Below are positions 55,981 through 64,000 of a DNA stretch of 64,000 nt, piece by piece. Every line of letters starts with the position of its first letter. Within the stretch, counting starts at the first letter, position 1. A program made the translations under genes and the position numbers. Origin of the DNA: an uncultured Myxococcales bacterium (GTDB taxonomy: Bacteria; Myxococcota_A; Polyangia; HGW-17; SLPX01); NCBI GenBank assembly GCA_964539505.1, contig CAZIJS010000003.1, positions 305 to 64,304 of the forward strand. Reading direction: 5' to 3'. The notes under the pieces were generated by a model. It saw nothing but the letters and a program-made list of their open reading frames with translations, was not told where the DNA came from and did no database searches.

Positions 55981-58053
55981 ATGGCCGGGCGCATCACGAA
56001 CCATCCCATTTTGCCGCCCCTGTCTGGTGGGTCCGTGTCCTTTTCGTTCGAGGGCCGGACCATGACCGGACGACAGGGCGAGCCGGTGGCCTCGGCTCTC
56101 TATGCCAACGGGGTGCGGATCTTTGGTCACCATCCCCGAGATGGCGGCCCGCAGGGCATCTTTTGTGCGAACGGGCAATGTTCCCAATGCCTGATGATCG
56201 TGAACGGAAAGCCGGTCAAGTCCTGCATGGAGCCCCTTGCCGAGGGCATGGTGGTGGAGGCCTGCGAGGGATTGCCGGTCCTTCCCACCGACGATCGGGC
56301 GGGTGAGCCCCGGCCGCCTGAAGAAATCTCGGTGGACGTGCTCGTGGTGGGGGGCGGACCGGCTGGGATCAGTGCGGCCACTGAGCTGGGCCGGGCCGGC
56401 CTGTCGGTGCTCCTCATCGACGACAAGGCGGAAATCGGCGGGAAGCTGACGCTCCAGACCCACACGTTTTTCGGGTCCATCCGGGCCTGCCATGCCGGCA
56501 GCCGGGGCATCGACATCACCGGCAAGCTGGCCGCAGAGTTGCCGTCCCTCGACGCGGTCGAAGTCTGGACGAACACCACGGCGGTGGGTGTGTTTGCCGA
56601 CAAGGCGGTGGGCCTCGTCAGGGAAAAGCGATACATCCTGGCCAGGCCGAAGGTGCTGTTGGTAGCGGCAGGCGCCAGGGAAAAGAGCCTCAGCTTTCCC
56701 GGGGCCGATCTGCCCGGCGTCTACGGCGCCGGTGCGTTTCAGACACTGGTCAACCGGGACCTGGTCAAGGCGGCCCGGCGCCTGTTCATCGTGGGCGGCG
56801 GCAATGTCGGTCTCATTGGAGGGTACCACGCTCTGCAGGCCGGCATCGACGTGGTGGGCCTGGTCGAGGCGCTGCCGCAGGTGGGGGGCTACAAGGTCCA
56901 TCTCGACAAGTTGCGCCGTCTGGGCGTGCCCATCTGGACATCCCATACCGTGGTGCGGGCCGAAGGCACCTCGGAGCTGGAGCGGGTGGTGGTGGCGCGC
57001 TGCGACGAGCGGTTTTCTCCCATCGAAGGAACATTTCGAGCCTTTGACATCGATACCTTGCTCATTGCCGTGGGGCTGTCGCCCGTGGACGAACTCATGG
57101 GACAGGCAAAGGAGGCCGGGCTTCCTCTGTATGCGGCGGGAGACGCCGCCCAGATCGCCGAGGCGAGCGCGGCCATCTTTTCGGGCAAGATCGTGGGTCG
57201 CACCATGGCAAGGGATTTGGGCCGGGATCTGCCCTTGCCCGAATCATGGGGTGAAACGGCGGCGGTGCTTCGGAGCCGGCCGGGCCGCACCGAAGACGTG
57301 GAGTTCCAGGATCCCGGCCTGCCGGTGTTTCCCGTGATCAGTTGTCTCCAGGAGATTCCCTGCAATCCCTGCACCCAGGTCTGCCCCGTGGGATCCATCA
57401 CCATTCCCGATGGCAGCATCACCTCCAGGCCCGTTTTTTCCGGGGACTGTCTCGGCTGTGCCCGCTGCGTGGTGGTTTGTCCGGGCCTTGCCATTCGGCT
57501 GGTGGAGAAAGGACGGCCCGGCTTTTCACTCCTCACGCTGCCCTGGGAGTTTTCCGAGGAGCGGGTCTTGGTGGGTGAGAGGGTCCAGACCGTGGACCTG
57601 GAGGGTCAACTCGTGGGAGAGGGGCTGGTGGTTGCGGTCAAGGGTCGCAAGGATTTCGACCGCCGGCGCCTGCTGGTGGTCGAGGTGCCGGAGCAAGAGG
57701 CTCTCGCCGTGGCGGGATTTCGAATCCAGCAGCCCGAGATGGGGATTCCCGCAGAGATGAGCAGCGAAGAAGAAGACCCCATCGTCTGCCGTTGTGAGCG
57801 GATACGACGTTCGGAGATCGTGGCTGCCATCCGGTCGGGCATCACGGACTACAATGTGCTCAAAGCCGTGACCAGGGCTTCCATGGGAGGCTGCGGCGGC
57901 AAGACCTGCCGGGAGTTGGTCATGCGCCTGTTTCGGCAGGAGGGTGTGGCACCAGACCGGGTGACTCCTCCCACGGTGCGGCCTCTGGTCACAGAGGTGC
58001 GCATGGATTTGTTTGCCGGTCTGGACCAGGGCGACGACGGCGAGACGAGGTGA
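55981..58053 (+). CDS. Fused 2Fe-2S (SoxA/HcnA-type) + FAD/NAD(P) oxidoreductase (HcnB/OoxA/LhpF-like) subunit with a BFD-like 2Fe-2S domain
   Basis: ATG 2 nt after the upstream stop. Motifs: IFCANGQCSQCLMIVNGKPVKSC; VLVVGGGPAGISAATELGRAG; IVGGGNVGLIGG; YAAGDAAQ; CNPCTQVCP..CLGCARCVVVCP; CRCERIRRSEIVAAIRSG...GGCGGKTC. Confidence 0.8.
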   Translation: MAGRITNHPILPPLSGGSVSFSFEGRTMTGRQGEPVASALYANGVRIFGHHPRDGGPQGIFCANGQCSQCLMIVNGKPVKSCMEPLAEGMVVEACEGLPVLPTDDRAGEPRPPEEISVDVLVVGGGPAGISAATELGRAGLSVLLIDDKAEIGGKLTLQTHTFFGSIRACHAGSRGIDITGKLAAELPSLDAVEVWTNTTAVGVFADKAVGLVREKRYILARPKVLLVAAGAREKSLSFPGADLPGVYGAGAFQTLVNRDLVKAARRLFIVGGGNVGLIGGYHALQAGIDVVGLVEALPQVGGYKVHLDKLRRLGVPIWTSHTVVRAEGTSELERVVVARCDERFSPIEGTFRAFDIDTLLIAVGLSPVDELMGQAKEAGLPLYAAGDAAQIAEASAAIFSGKIVGRTMARDLGRDLPLPESWGETAAVLRSRPGRTEDVEFQDPGLPVFPVISCLQEIPCNPCTQVCPVGSITIPDGSITSRPVFSGDCLGCARCVVVCPGLAIRLVEKGRPGFSLLTLPWEFSEERVLVGERVQTVDLEGQLVGEGLVVAVKGRKDFDRRRLLVVEVPEQEALAVAGFRIQQPEMGIPAEMSSEEEDPIVCRCERIRRSEIVAAIRSGITDYNVLKAVTRASMGGCGGKTCRELVMRLFRQEGVAPDRVTPPTVRPLVTEVRMDLFAGLDQGDDGETR

Positions 58054-58060
58054 TCGATCC

Positions 58061-59227
58061 ATGGCTTCGGAAAATTACGATGCGGTGGTGATCGGTGCGG
58101 GTAGCGTGGGTTGTCCCACGGCCTATTTTTTGGCCAAGGCCGGGCTGTCGGTGCTCGTGGTTGAGTCTCGTCCCGCCTGCGGACAGGGCCAGAACAAGGC
58201 GGCCATCGGCGGGGTGCGGGCCACGCATTCAGATCCGGCCAAGATCCAGCTTTGCCGTGACAGCCTGGAGATCTTTGGTTCCTGGAAAGAGGAACATGGT
58301 TTCGATTTGGGTTGGAAGCAGGGCGGATACTGCTTTCCGGCATACAGCGACGAGCTCGAAGAGACGCTGCGCGCCTTGGTGCAGCGGCAGCGATCCTACG
58401 GACTCGATATCGACTGGATGGATGCAGATCGCGTTGCAGAGCTGGTTCCCGGCATTTTAAGGGAGGGCCTTCGCGGGGGAACCTACTCTCCGGGGGACGG
58501 CCAGGTCAGTCCCCTGCTCGCAGCCGAGGCCTTTCGCCGGGCATCGGTGGAACTGGGCGTCAAATTCCGGTTTTCCGAACCAGTGACCGGCATGGACGTG
58601 AGTGAAGGTAAGGTGTCGGCGGTGATCACGAGCAAGGGCCGTTACGGCGCAGCCATGGTGGTCATCGCCGCCGGGGCCGAGGCCAGGGAGGTGGGCGCCC
58701 TGGCAGGGCTGGACCTGCCCGTGACGCCAGACAGCCACGAGGCCGCCATCACCGCCCCGGTGGAGCAGTTTCTCGGGCCCCTGGTGGTGGATCTTCGCCC
58801 AGGGCCCGAGGGCAGGACAGCGAATTTCTATTTTGGTCAAAACCAGGAAGGACAGATCATTTTTTGTTACACGCCCAAGACATTGTTTGTGGGCACAGAC
58901 CGGCGCAATACCTCGGAGTTTCTTCCCATTGCCGCGGCCAGGCTCGTCAGGCTCGTGCCCAGGTTGCGGCACATGCTCGTGCGGCGCACCTGGCGAGGCC
59001 TCTACCCCATGACCCCGGACGGCAGACCCATCTGCGGGCCCGTGACTGGGGTCGCGGGATTGTTCCTGGCCGTGGGCATGTGCGGCCAGGGCTTCATGCT
59101 CGGGCCGGGGGTGGGCAGGAGCCTGGCCTCCCAGATGCTGGGGCAAGGGCCCGTCATCGACGCAGAACTGTGGCAGGGGCTTGCTTTCGAGCGGGATTTC
59201 GCCGCTGGTGACGAGGCGCTGAAGTGA
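58061..59227 (+). CDS. FAD-dependent oxidoreductase, DAO family (SoxB/HcnC/OoxB/LhpB-like beta subunit)
   Basis: ATG 7 nt after the upstream stop. Motifs: YDAVVIGAGSVGCPTAYFLAKAGLSVLVVE; GGTYSPGDGQVSP; GMCGQGFMLGPGVG. Confidence 0.85.
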   Translation: MASENYDAVVIGAGSVGCPTAYFLAKAGLSVLVVESRPACGQGQNKAAIGGVRATHSDPAKIQLCRDSLEIFGSWKEEHGFDLGWKQGGYCFPAYSDELEETLRALVQRQRSYGLDIDWMDADRVAELVPGILREGLRGGTYSPGDGQVSPLLAAEAFRRASVELGVKFRFSEPVTGMDVSEGKVSAVITSKGRYGAAMVVIAAGAEAREVGALAGLDLPVTPDSHEAAITAPVEQFLGPLVVDLRPGPEGRTANFYFGQNQEGQIIFCYTPKTLFVGTDRRNTSEFLPIAAARLVRLVPRLRHMLVRRTWRGLYPMTPDGRPICGPVTGVAGLFLAVGMCGQGFMLGPGVGRSLASQMLGQGPVIDAELWQGLAFERDFAAGDEALK

Positions 59228-59290
59228 TGTCTGGAAAAGGGAAAAACCGAATCGGGCGAGCCGTTGGCCCGGCATAAGGAGGACGCATCA

Positions 59291-61855
59291 GTGACTGACG
59301 AGATCAGAAAGGACGGGGATGGGCAGGACAAGGAAACAGGCACTTCTTCGTTGGGTGCAGGCGAACCGACCGGGGCCGAGAAGATGGAATCGTCCGGGGC
59401 CGAGGTGAAAGAAACATCCGGCAGCGAGGGATCGGATGCAGAGCCGGTGGGGTTCGGCGAAGCGTTCACCAAGGGAATCAAGGAGGCGGTCGACCCCTTC
59501 AAGAGCCTGCTCCATACATCCCAGGCTCTTTGGGGCATCTACTTGTCCTACCTCATCGAGGGGCTCGTCTATTTTGGCATCTTGACGATTCTGGGTAAGT
59601 ACCTCTCCGAAAACGTGGGCCTCAAGGATCTCCATGCCGGGTGGGTGTATAGCTTTTTCACCGGAGGCATCACCCTGGCCATGCTCTTCATGGGGGGCAT
59701 CGCAGACAAAATCGGCGTGCGCAAGGCCCTGCTGTTGTCCATGGGGACCATGGTCCTGGGCCGTTTGGCCCTGGCGGCTTCGGGAACGTTCTTCCCTCAC
59801 GGGCTGGGCCTGTCTTCCGGCATGTTCTACATGGTGTCTCTGGGCCTTTTCATCGTGGTGCTGGGCTACGGCATGTACCAGCCTGCCGCCTATGCCGGGG
59901 TCAAGCAGTTCACCGACAAGAAGTCGGCCACCATCGGCTATGCCATGATCTATGGCCTCATGAACCTGGGAGCCTTTTTTTCCGGGCTCCTCTCTCCACC
60001 GATCCGCCAGCATTTTGGCATCGTCTCGGTGTTCTGGGTCTACGCAGGCCTCACCATGCTTTCCTTCCTGGTGGTGGCCCTGCTCCTGACCAGGCGGGCG
60101 GTGCAGGCGGGAACGCTCACAGACATCGATGCTGAAGAGACAGAAGACGACGAGGCCGACCAGGCAGATGGCGAGTCGGGTGCGAACGAAGATGCCGGTG
60201 CGCACACCGCTTCGAAGAAGAAAGAACCACTCTGGACCCCGGTCTTCATCGGCCTGGTGGCACTGTCGGTGGCTGCAGCCGGCCTCTTGGGCTACCTTGG
60301 GTTCACGGCGCCCAAGTTGGAGTCTCAAAAGGCGTTGGAGCGGGCCTCCGAGCTGTTCAAAAAGGCTATCGGGCCCGTGGGGGGTGCCAAGGACGCAGCC
60401 GCGTTGGCCAAGGCCGTCGAGAAGACGGAGAGAGATCTGGCGCCCCTGGCGGCCAAGGTCACACCCAAGGGCCCTGCCGGCGCCAGGCCGAACCCGAACC
60501 TGTATCGCGGGATTGCCGCCTGGCTCAAGATACAGACCAGGTTACTCCAGTCTGCAAGAGCCAAAGCCGGTCCTTTGACAGCCAAGGAGGATGTGAGTCC
60601 AGCCGCGGCCAAGGCTGCGTCCCGCGAGGTGCGGGCCCTGGGTCTGTGGCAATTGGCTTCTGCCTATGCCCTGGTGGGAAAAGTGGACGGGGCCGTCCTG
60701 GACCGACTTCGTCGGCGCATGAAGATGCGTTCCGAAAAGATGGTTCCCCTGGCTGAGAGCGACAGGAAATCCCTGCTTTCAGTCCTGGCCGAGCGCCGGG
60801 CCCCGAACATCGTGGCGGCCTGCGCCGCCAGGGCCAGGAAGGCTGTCGAGCATGTCAGGGTCCAGGGCCCGGTGGGAGCCGCGCTCATCCTGGAGGCCCA
60901 GGCTTCTTTGTTCGAGACGCTTGCCAGGCGCCTGAGGACCCAGGACGATCCCCAACTCGCCGGCCTGGCCAAGACCCTGCTCTTGGAAGATTCCGTGTTC
61001 CTGCTCAAAGAATTGGGGCCGAGTCTGGCTTCCAGGAAGGGGAAGGCCGATGGAGGCAAGAGCCTGCTCGCCTCCTACCTGGCGAGCGCCTCGCGCAGAG
61101 CCGCCGGCCTGGTAGACCAGGCCGGTGCAGCCCAGAACATGCCTCGGATGGAAGCGGTGATGCATTGGCTCCGGCGTTTCGGACTGGTCACGATCCTGTT
61201 GATCCTGTTTGTGACCTTCACGCTCATCTACATGCTCAAAAGACGGCCGGACCATCCGTTCCGGGATTCGCGGTTCGTGTTTTTCATTTTCATTTTGATT
61301 CCCGTCCAGACCCTGTTTGCGCACAACTGGCTCACCTTGCCCTACTATATCAACCGGGCCTTCGGCGGGAGCTGGGTCGGGGACTCTTTCGAGTTTTTCT
61401 CCAACATCAATCCGCTGCTCATCTTTTTCCTGACGCCCGTGGTGGCGGCGCTCACCATGAGGTTTCGCGTCTACAAGATGATGGTGGCAGGGACCTTCGT
61501 CATGGCTGCCCCCACGTTCCTGCTGGCCCTTGGTCCCAACCCGGTCTTGCTCCTGGTCTATATCCTGCTCATGTCCGTGGGCGAGGCCATGTGGCAGCCT
61601 CGGTTCCTGCAGTGGGTGGCGGAGATTGCGCCCAAGGGTAAGGCCGGGTCCTACATGGGGATTGCCCAGTTCCCTTGGTTCCTCACCAAGGTGGTCACAG
61701 GCATCTATTCCGGGTACTTCCTGGCACGCTACTGTCCCATGGTGGGTCCGCAGAATACCGAGCTGCTCTGGCTCATCTACGGTATCATCGCCATGGCCAG
61801 TCCCTTGGCCCTTTGGATGGCCCGTGGCTGGATGATGAAGGGCAAGAACCTGTGA
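59291..61855 (+). CDS. MFS transporter, POT/PTR2-like topology, with a ~300-aa helical insert between the two halves
   Basis: GTG at 59291 behind AAGGAGG. The N-terminal six-helix bundle contains GGIADKIGVRKALL. An extra helix pair (LWTPVFIGLVALSVAAAGLLGYLGF / FGLVTILLILFVTFTLIYML) brackets a long Ala/Leu/Lys/Arg-rich soluble segment. A C-terminal six-helix bundle follows. Confidence 0.7.
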   Translation: MTDEIRKDGDGQDKETGTSSLGAGEPTGAEKMESSGAEVKETSGSEGSDAEPVGFGEAFTKGIKEAVDPFKSLLHTSQALWGIYLSYLIEGLVYFGILTILGKYLSENVGLKDLHAGWVYSFFTGGITLAMLFMGGIADKIGVRKALLLSMGTMVLGRLALAASGTFFPHGLGLSSGMFYMVSLGLFIVVLGYGMYQPAAYAGVKQFTDKKSATIGYAMIYGLMNLGAFFSGLLSPPIRQHFGIVSVFWVYAGLTMLSFLVVALLLTRRAVQAGTLTDIDAEETEDDEADQADGESGANEDAGAHTASKKKEPLWTPVFIGLVALSVAAAGLLGYLGFTAPKLESQKALERASELFKKAIGPVGGAKDAAALAKAVEKTERDLAPLAAKVTPKGPAGARPNPNLYRGIAAWLKIQTRLLQSARAKAGPLTAKEDVSPAAAKAASREVRALGLWQLASAYALVGKVDGAVLDRLRRRMKMRSEKMVPLAESDRKSLLSVLAERRAPNIVAACAARARKAVEHVRVQGPVGAALILEAQASLFETLARRLRTQDDPQLAGLAKTLLLEDSVFLLKELGPSLASRKGKADGGKSLLASYLASASRRAAGLVDQAGAAQNMPRMEAVMHWLRRFGLVTILLILFVTFTLIYMLKRRPDHPFRDSRFVFFIFILIPVQTLFAHNWLTLPYYINRAFGGSWVGDSFEFFSNINPLLIFFLTPVVAALTMRFRVYKMMVAGTFVMAAPTFLLALGPNPVLLLVYILLMSVGEAMWQPRFLQWVAEIAPKGKAGSYMGIAQFPWFLTKVVTGIYSGYFLARYCPMVGPQNTELLWLIYGIIAMASPLALWMARGWMMKGKNL

Positions 61856-61887
61856 CGGAAGGACTGGCCGGGGATCGAGAAAGGAGA

Positions 61888-63465
61888 ATGGTGGCGATGC
61901 AACGCAACATGCTGGCAGCAGTGCTGGGTGTCTGTCTGTTCGGGTCGGCGGTTTCCGCCATGGCCCAAGGCGGGACGCACAGCCGTGGCTTGCGCCAAGG
62001 GGCCAGGAATCCCGGTGCACAGGCCAAGAAGGCGGACAACGAGGTCGCTGCCCTCGCCGCGCAGGTCCAATCCCTCGAAGAGCGTCTCGCAGCCATGAAC
62101 GTGGAACTGGACCGGCTCCGCCGCCAGGCAGCCAGTCGGCCCGAACTCCTGGGACGTCTCGATCGTCTCGAGGCACTGGCCCGAAAGCTCAGAGAGGACC
62201 TCGATGCCCTCAGGATTCGCCAGGCGGACATCGAGCGGGATCGGGACCAGGTGGCCAAGGCCATGGAGAAGCAAAAGTCCGGGGCCTGGCACATGAAGTA
62301 CCGAGATGGGTTTTTGTTCCGTTCACCTGCAGACCGGTTCGCCTTCAGGTTCAGAGGGTTCATCGTGGGGCGATACAGCCTGGGTGCGGCTCAGACCTCC
62401 GATGCCACGGCGGATCCTCAAGAAGGGGTGGACGAAAACGGGTTTCGGCTTGTCCATGCCAAGTTCGGGTTCTTCGGGCACGTCTGGTTCTCCCAATTGA
62501 CCTACGCATTGGAAGTGGAAACCGCCGGAGGTCCCAAGGTCAAAAAAGCCTTTTTCAAGATCCAGCCCTGGTCGTTTTGGAGCATCACCATCGGTCAGCA
62601 CAAGGTCATGGATTCCTGGCAAGAGCTTTCTTCGACGGGCAGACTCCAGCTCGCCGATAGGTCCCGGGCCGTCAAAAACTTCGCCCACGGCTACGATGTC
62701 GGCTTGAGCACCACTTTTTCGTTCTGGCATCAAGGCCTGGTGGCCCAGATCGGGGTGTTCAACGGGTCGGGTGAGAACGTGCCCAACGACGACAACCGGC
62801 TTCTCTACATCCTTCGGCTCGGCACGGCCCCTCTGGGCCCTGTCCCCCATATCGAAGAGGACGCCGAGCGGTCGGCCCATCCCAAACTCTGGCTGGGCAC
62901 CTCGGCGGAGTTCAACCGGGTGGCCATCGGTGACCTGGACGGCGACGGCGACATGGACGACAAGCAGATCTACACGGTGGGAGCAGAGATGGCCTTCTAC
63001 TGGAAGGGGTTCAACTTCCAGTCCGAGTTCTTTGCCGCCATCGGGCGCCATACGGTGAAGGATTGCCCCACGTCCTATCCTGCTACGAACCGGAAATGCA
63101 ACAAAGTGGATACGAGTTACGGCGCCTATGCCCAGGCCGGCTACATCATCGGCCGCGGCTGGCAGTTGGCCGGCCGGTTTTCCTACACAGATGTCTTCGA
63201 CAGCGGCTGGAGCGGAGATCTGAGCAGTGGAACCTGGAAGCGGACCCTCAAGTCCGTGGTTGCCCAGCCCAAGGGATACCGGCTCGACCACGTCTACGAG
63301 GCCACCGCCGGCCTGATGTACGACCCATGGAAGAAACACCTACGCCTGGGGCTTACCTATTCCTTCCAGCGCGAGGCTTTCACCTCGAACCTGTCGTCTC
63401 TGGGCCCCTTGACCCTGAACCGGAACCTGCACGTGGGATCTTTGGTGGCCCGGCTCAATTTCTGA
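61888..63465 (+). CDS. Outer-membrane porin, phosphate-selective porin O/P (OprO/OprP)-like, with an N-terminal coiled coil
   Basis: AAAGGAGA RBS. Signal peptide MLAAVLGVCLFGSAVSAMA. Coiled coil: VAALAAQVQSLEERLAAMNVELDRLRRQ. Beta-strand body beginning DGFLFRSPADRFAFRFRGFIVGRY. Terminal strand ...LVARLNF. Confidence 0.6.
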   Translation: MVAMQRNMLAAVLGVCLFGSAVSAMAQGGTHSRGLRQGARNPGAQAKKADNEVAALAAQVQSLEERLAAMNVELDRLRRQAASRPELLGRLDRLEALARKLREDLDALRIRQADIERDRDQVAKAMEKQKSGAWHMKYRDGFLFRSPADRFAFRFRGFIVGRYSLGAAQTSDATADPQEGVDENGFRLVHAKFGFFGHVWFSQLTYALEVETAGGPKVKKAFFKIQPWSFWSITIGQHKVMDSWQELSSTGRLQLADRSRAVKNFAHGYDVGLSTTFSFWHQGLVAQIGVFNGSGENVPNDDNRLLYILRLGTAPLGPVPHIEEDAERSAHPKLWLGTSAEFNRVAIGDLDGDGDMDDKQIYTVGAEMAFYWKGFNFQSEFFAAIGRHTVKDCPTSYPATNRKCNKVDTSYGAYAQAGYIIGRGWQLAGRFSYTDVFDSGWSGDLSSGTWKRTLKSVVAQPKGYRLDHVYEATAGLMYDPWKKHLRLGLTYSFQREAFTSNLSSLGPLTLNRNLHVGSLVARLNF

Positions 63466-63511
63466 TTGGGTGGAACAAGACACCATTGCTGCTTGATGGA
63501 GATTCGGCTCA

Positions 63512-64000
63512 TCATGCGGCGCCTCCCTTCCAATGGTCACCAGGGAGATGGCGGACCAGAGCGTGGTGGACGGTCTTCCACGCCCGACCGACGTCGTAGT
63601 CCAGGCCAGGTCGCAGGAGCGGACGGATGTCGGTCACGAAGAGTGCGTCGCGCAGCTTGGCGTCGTTTGCTTCAAACTGAGCCCGATTCGGTATGGTCGC
63701 TTCTGAGTCCATGTATGCGGTGAAGGTCTGGAGGATTTGCTCAGGGGGGAGGTACAATCGGTCTCGCCGGTCTCCACCATGACCCGGCGCCGCAGGGTGC
63801 CCGTAAGCGGTAGCCATCCGGCCATCCGTTCCGCCAATTGCCTTATCCGTTGCTCGTTACAAACTGGCCACTTTTCGAGAGATTTCAGGCGCGCCACGGC
63901 GTCTTCCACCGTGGTGAAGGGCCACACCGCCAAGCTTGGCGTGGAGTTCCTTCAGCCCTTCGCGCAAGATGCGGAGGAAGTGCTCTCGCCGCGCCTCGTC
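63512..64000 (-). pseudogene. Possible frameshifted gene remnant (three consecutive minus-strand fragments in different frames), family unknown
   Basis: From the right edge, frame 1 reads ...DEARREHFLRILREGLKELHAKLGGV and then degenerates to a stop. Frame 2 continues WPFTTVEDAVARLKSLEKWPVCNEQRIRQLAERMAGW... Frame 3 then continues ...RLYLPPEQILQTFTAYMDSEATIPNRAQFEANDAKLRDALFVTDIRPLLRPGLDYDVGRAWKTVHHAL to a stop at 63512. Confidence 0.3.

Overview
This is a GC-rich, gene-dense bacterial chromosomal segment. It is probably from a Myxococcota-type organism. That is an inference from two MYXO-CTERM-like sorting tails, myxobacterial-style cysteine-rich repeats and a PilB N-terminus that I remember as close to Myxococcus PilB. 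I found no rRNA, tRNA, CRISPR array, integrase, transposase or recognisable defence or toxin-antitoxin genes.

Most of the window is housekeeping or envelope genes:
- The 5' part of pilB lies at the left edge, preceded by three envelope genes.
- A minus-strand shikimate operon (aroDE fusion, aroA, aroK, aroC) is interrupted and flanked by two paralogous thioredoxin-fold lipoproteins.
- Other recognisable genes are nrdJ, ispG, gdhA, sthA, an ECF sigma/anti-sigma pair, three PilZ-type proteins, an LD-carboxypeptidase, a CRTAC1/ASPIC-type FG-GAP protein, a sulfatase-like lipoprotein, a PPDK_N-type kinase-like protein and a TMTC-like GT-C/TPR protein.

The best candidate for an undescribed system is a translationally coupled four-gene redox operon at 52425-59227. 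It joins a GltD/NfnB-ferredoxin-MvhD fusion and a cysteine-depleted HdrD-like protein to a two-subunit amino-acid/opine-type flavoprotein dehydrogenase. A POT-like transporter with a large insert and an OprO/P-like porin follow it.

Secondary curiosities:
- the paralogous thioredoxin-fold proteins in the shikimate operon;
- a 12-bp (PATQ)n coding repeat, with a 40-nt near-identical orphan copy 7.3 kb away;
- a c-di-GMP theme (MshEN motif in PilB plus the PilZ proteins);
- a frameshifted gene remnant at the right edge.

All functional calls come from motif reading of the translations. No database search was run, start codons are often ambiguous, and the many long alternative-frame ORFs in the track are treated as GC-rich shadow ORFs.
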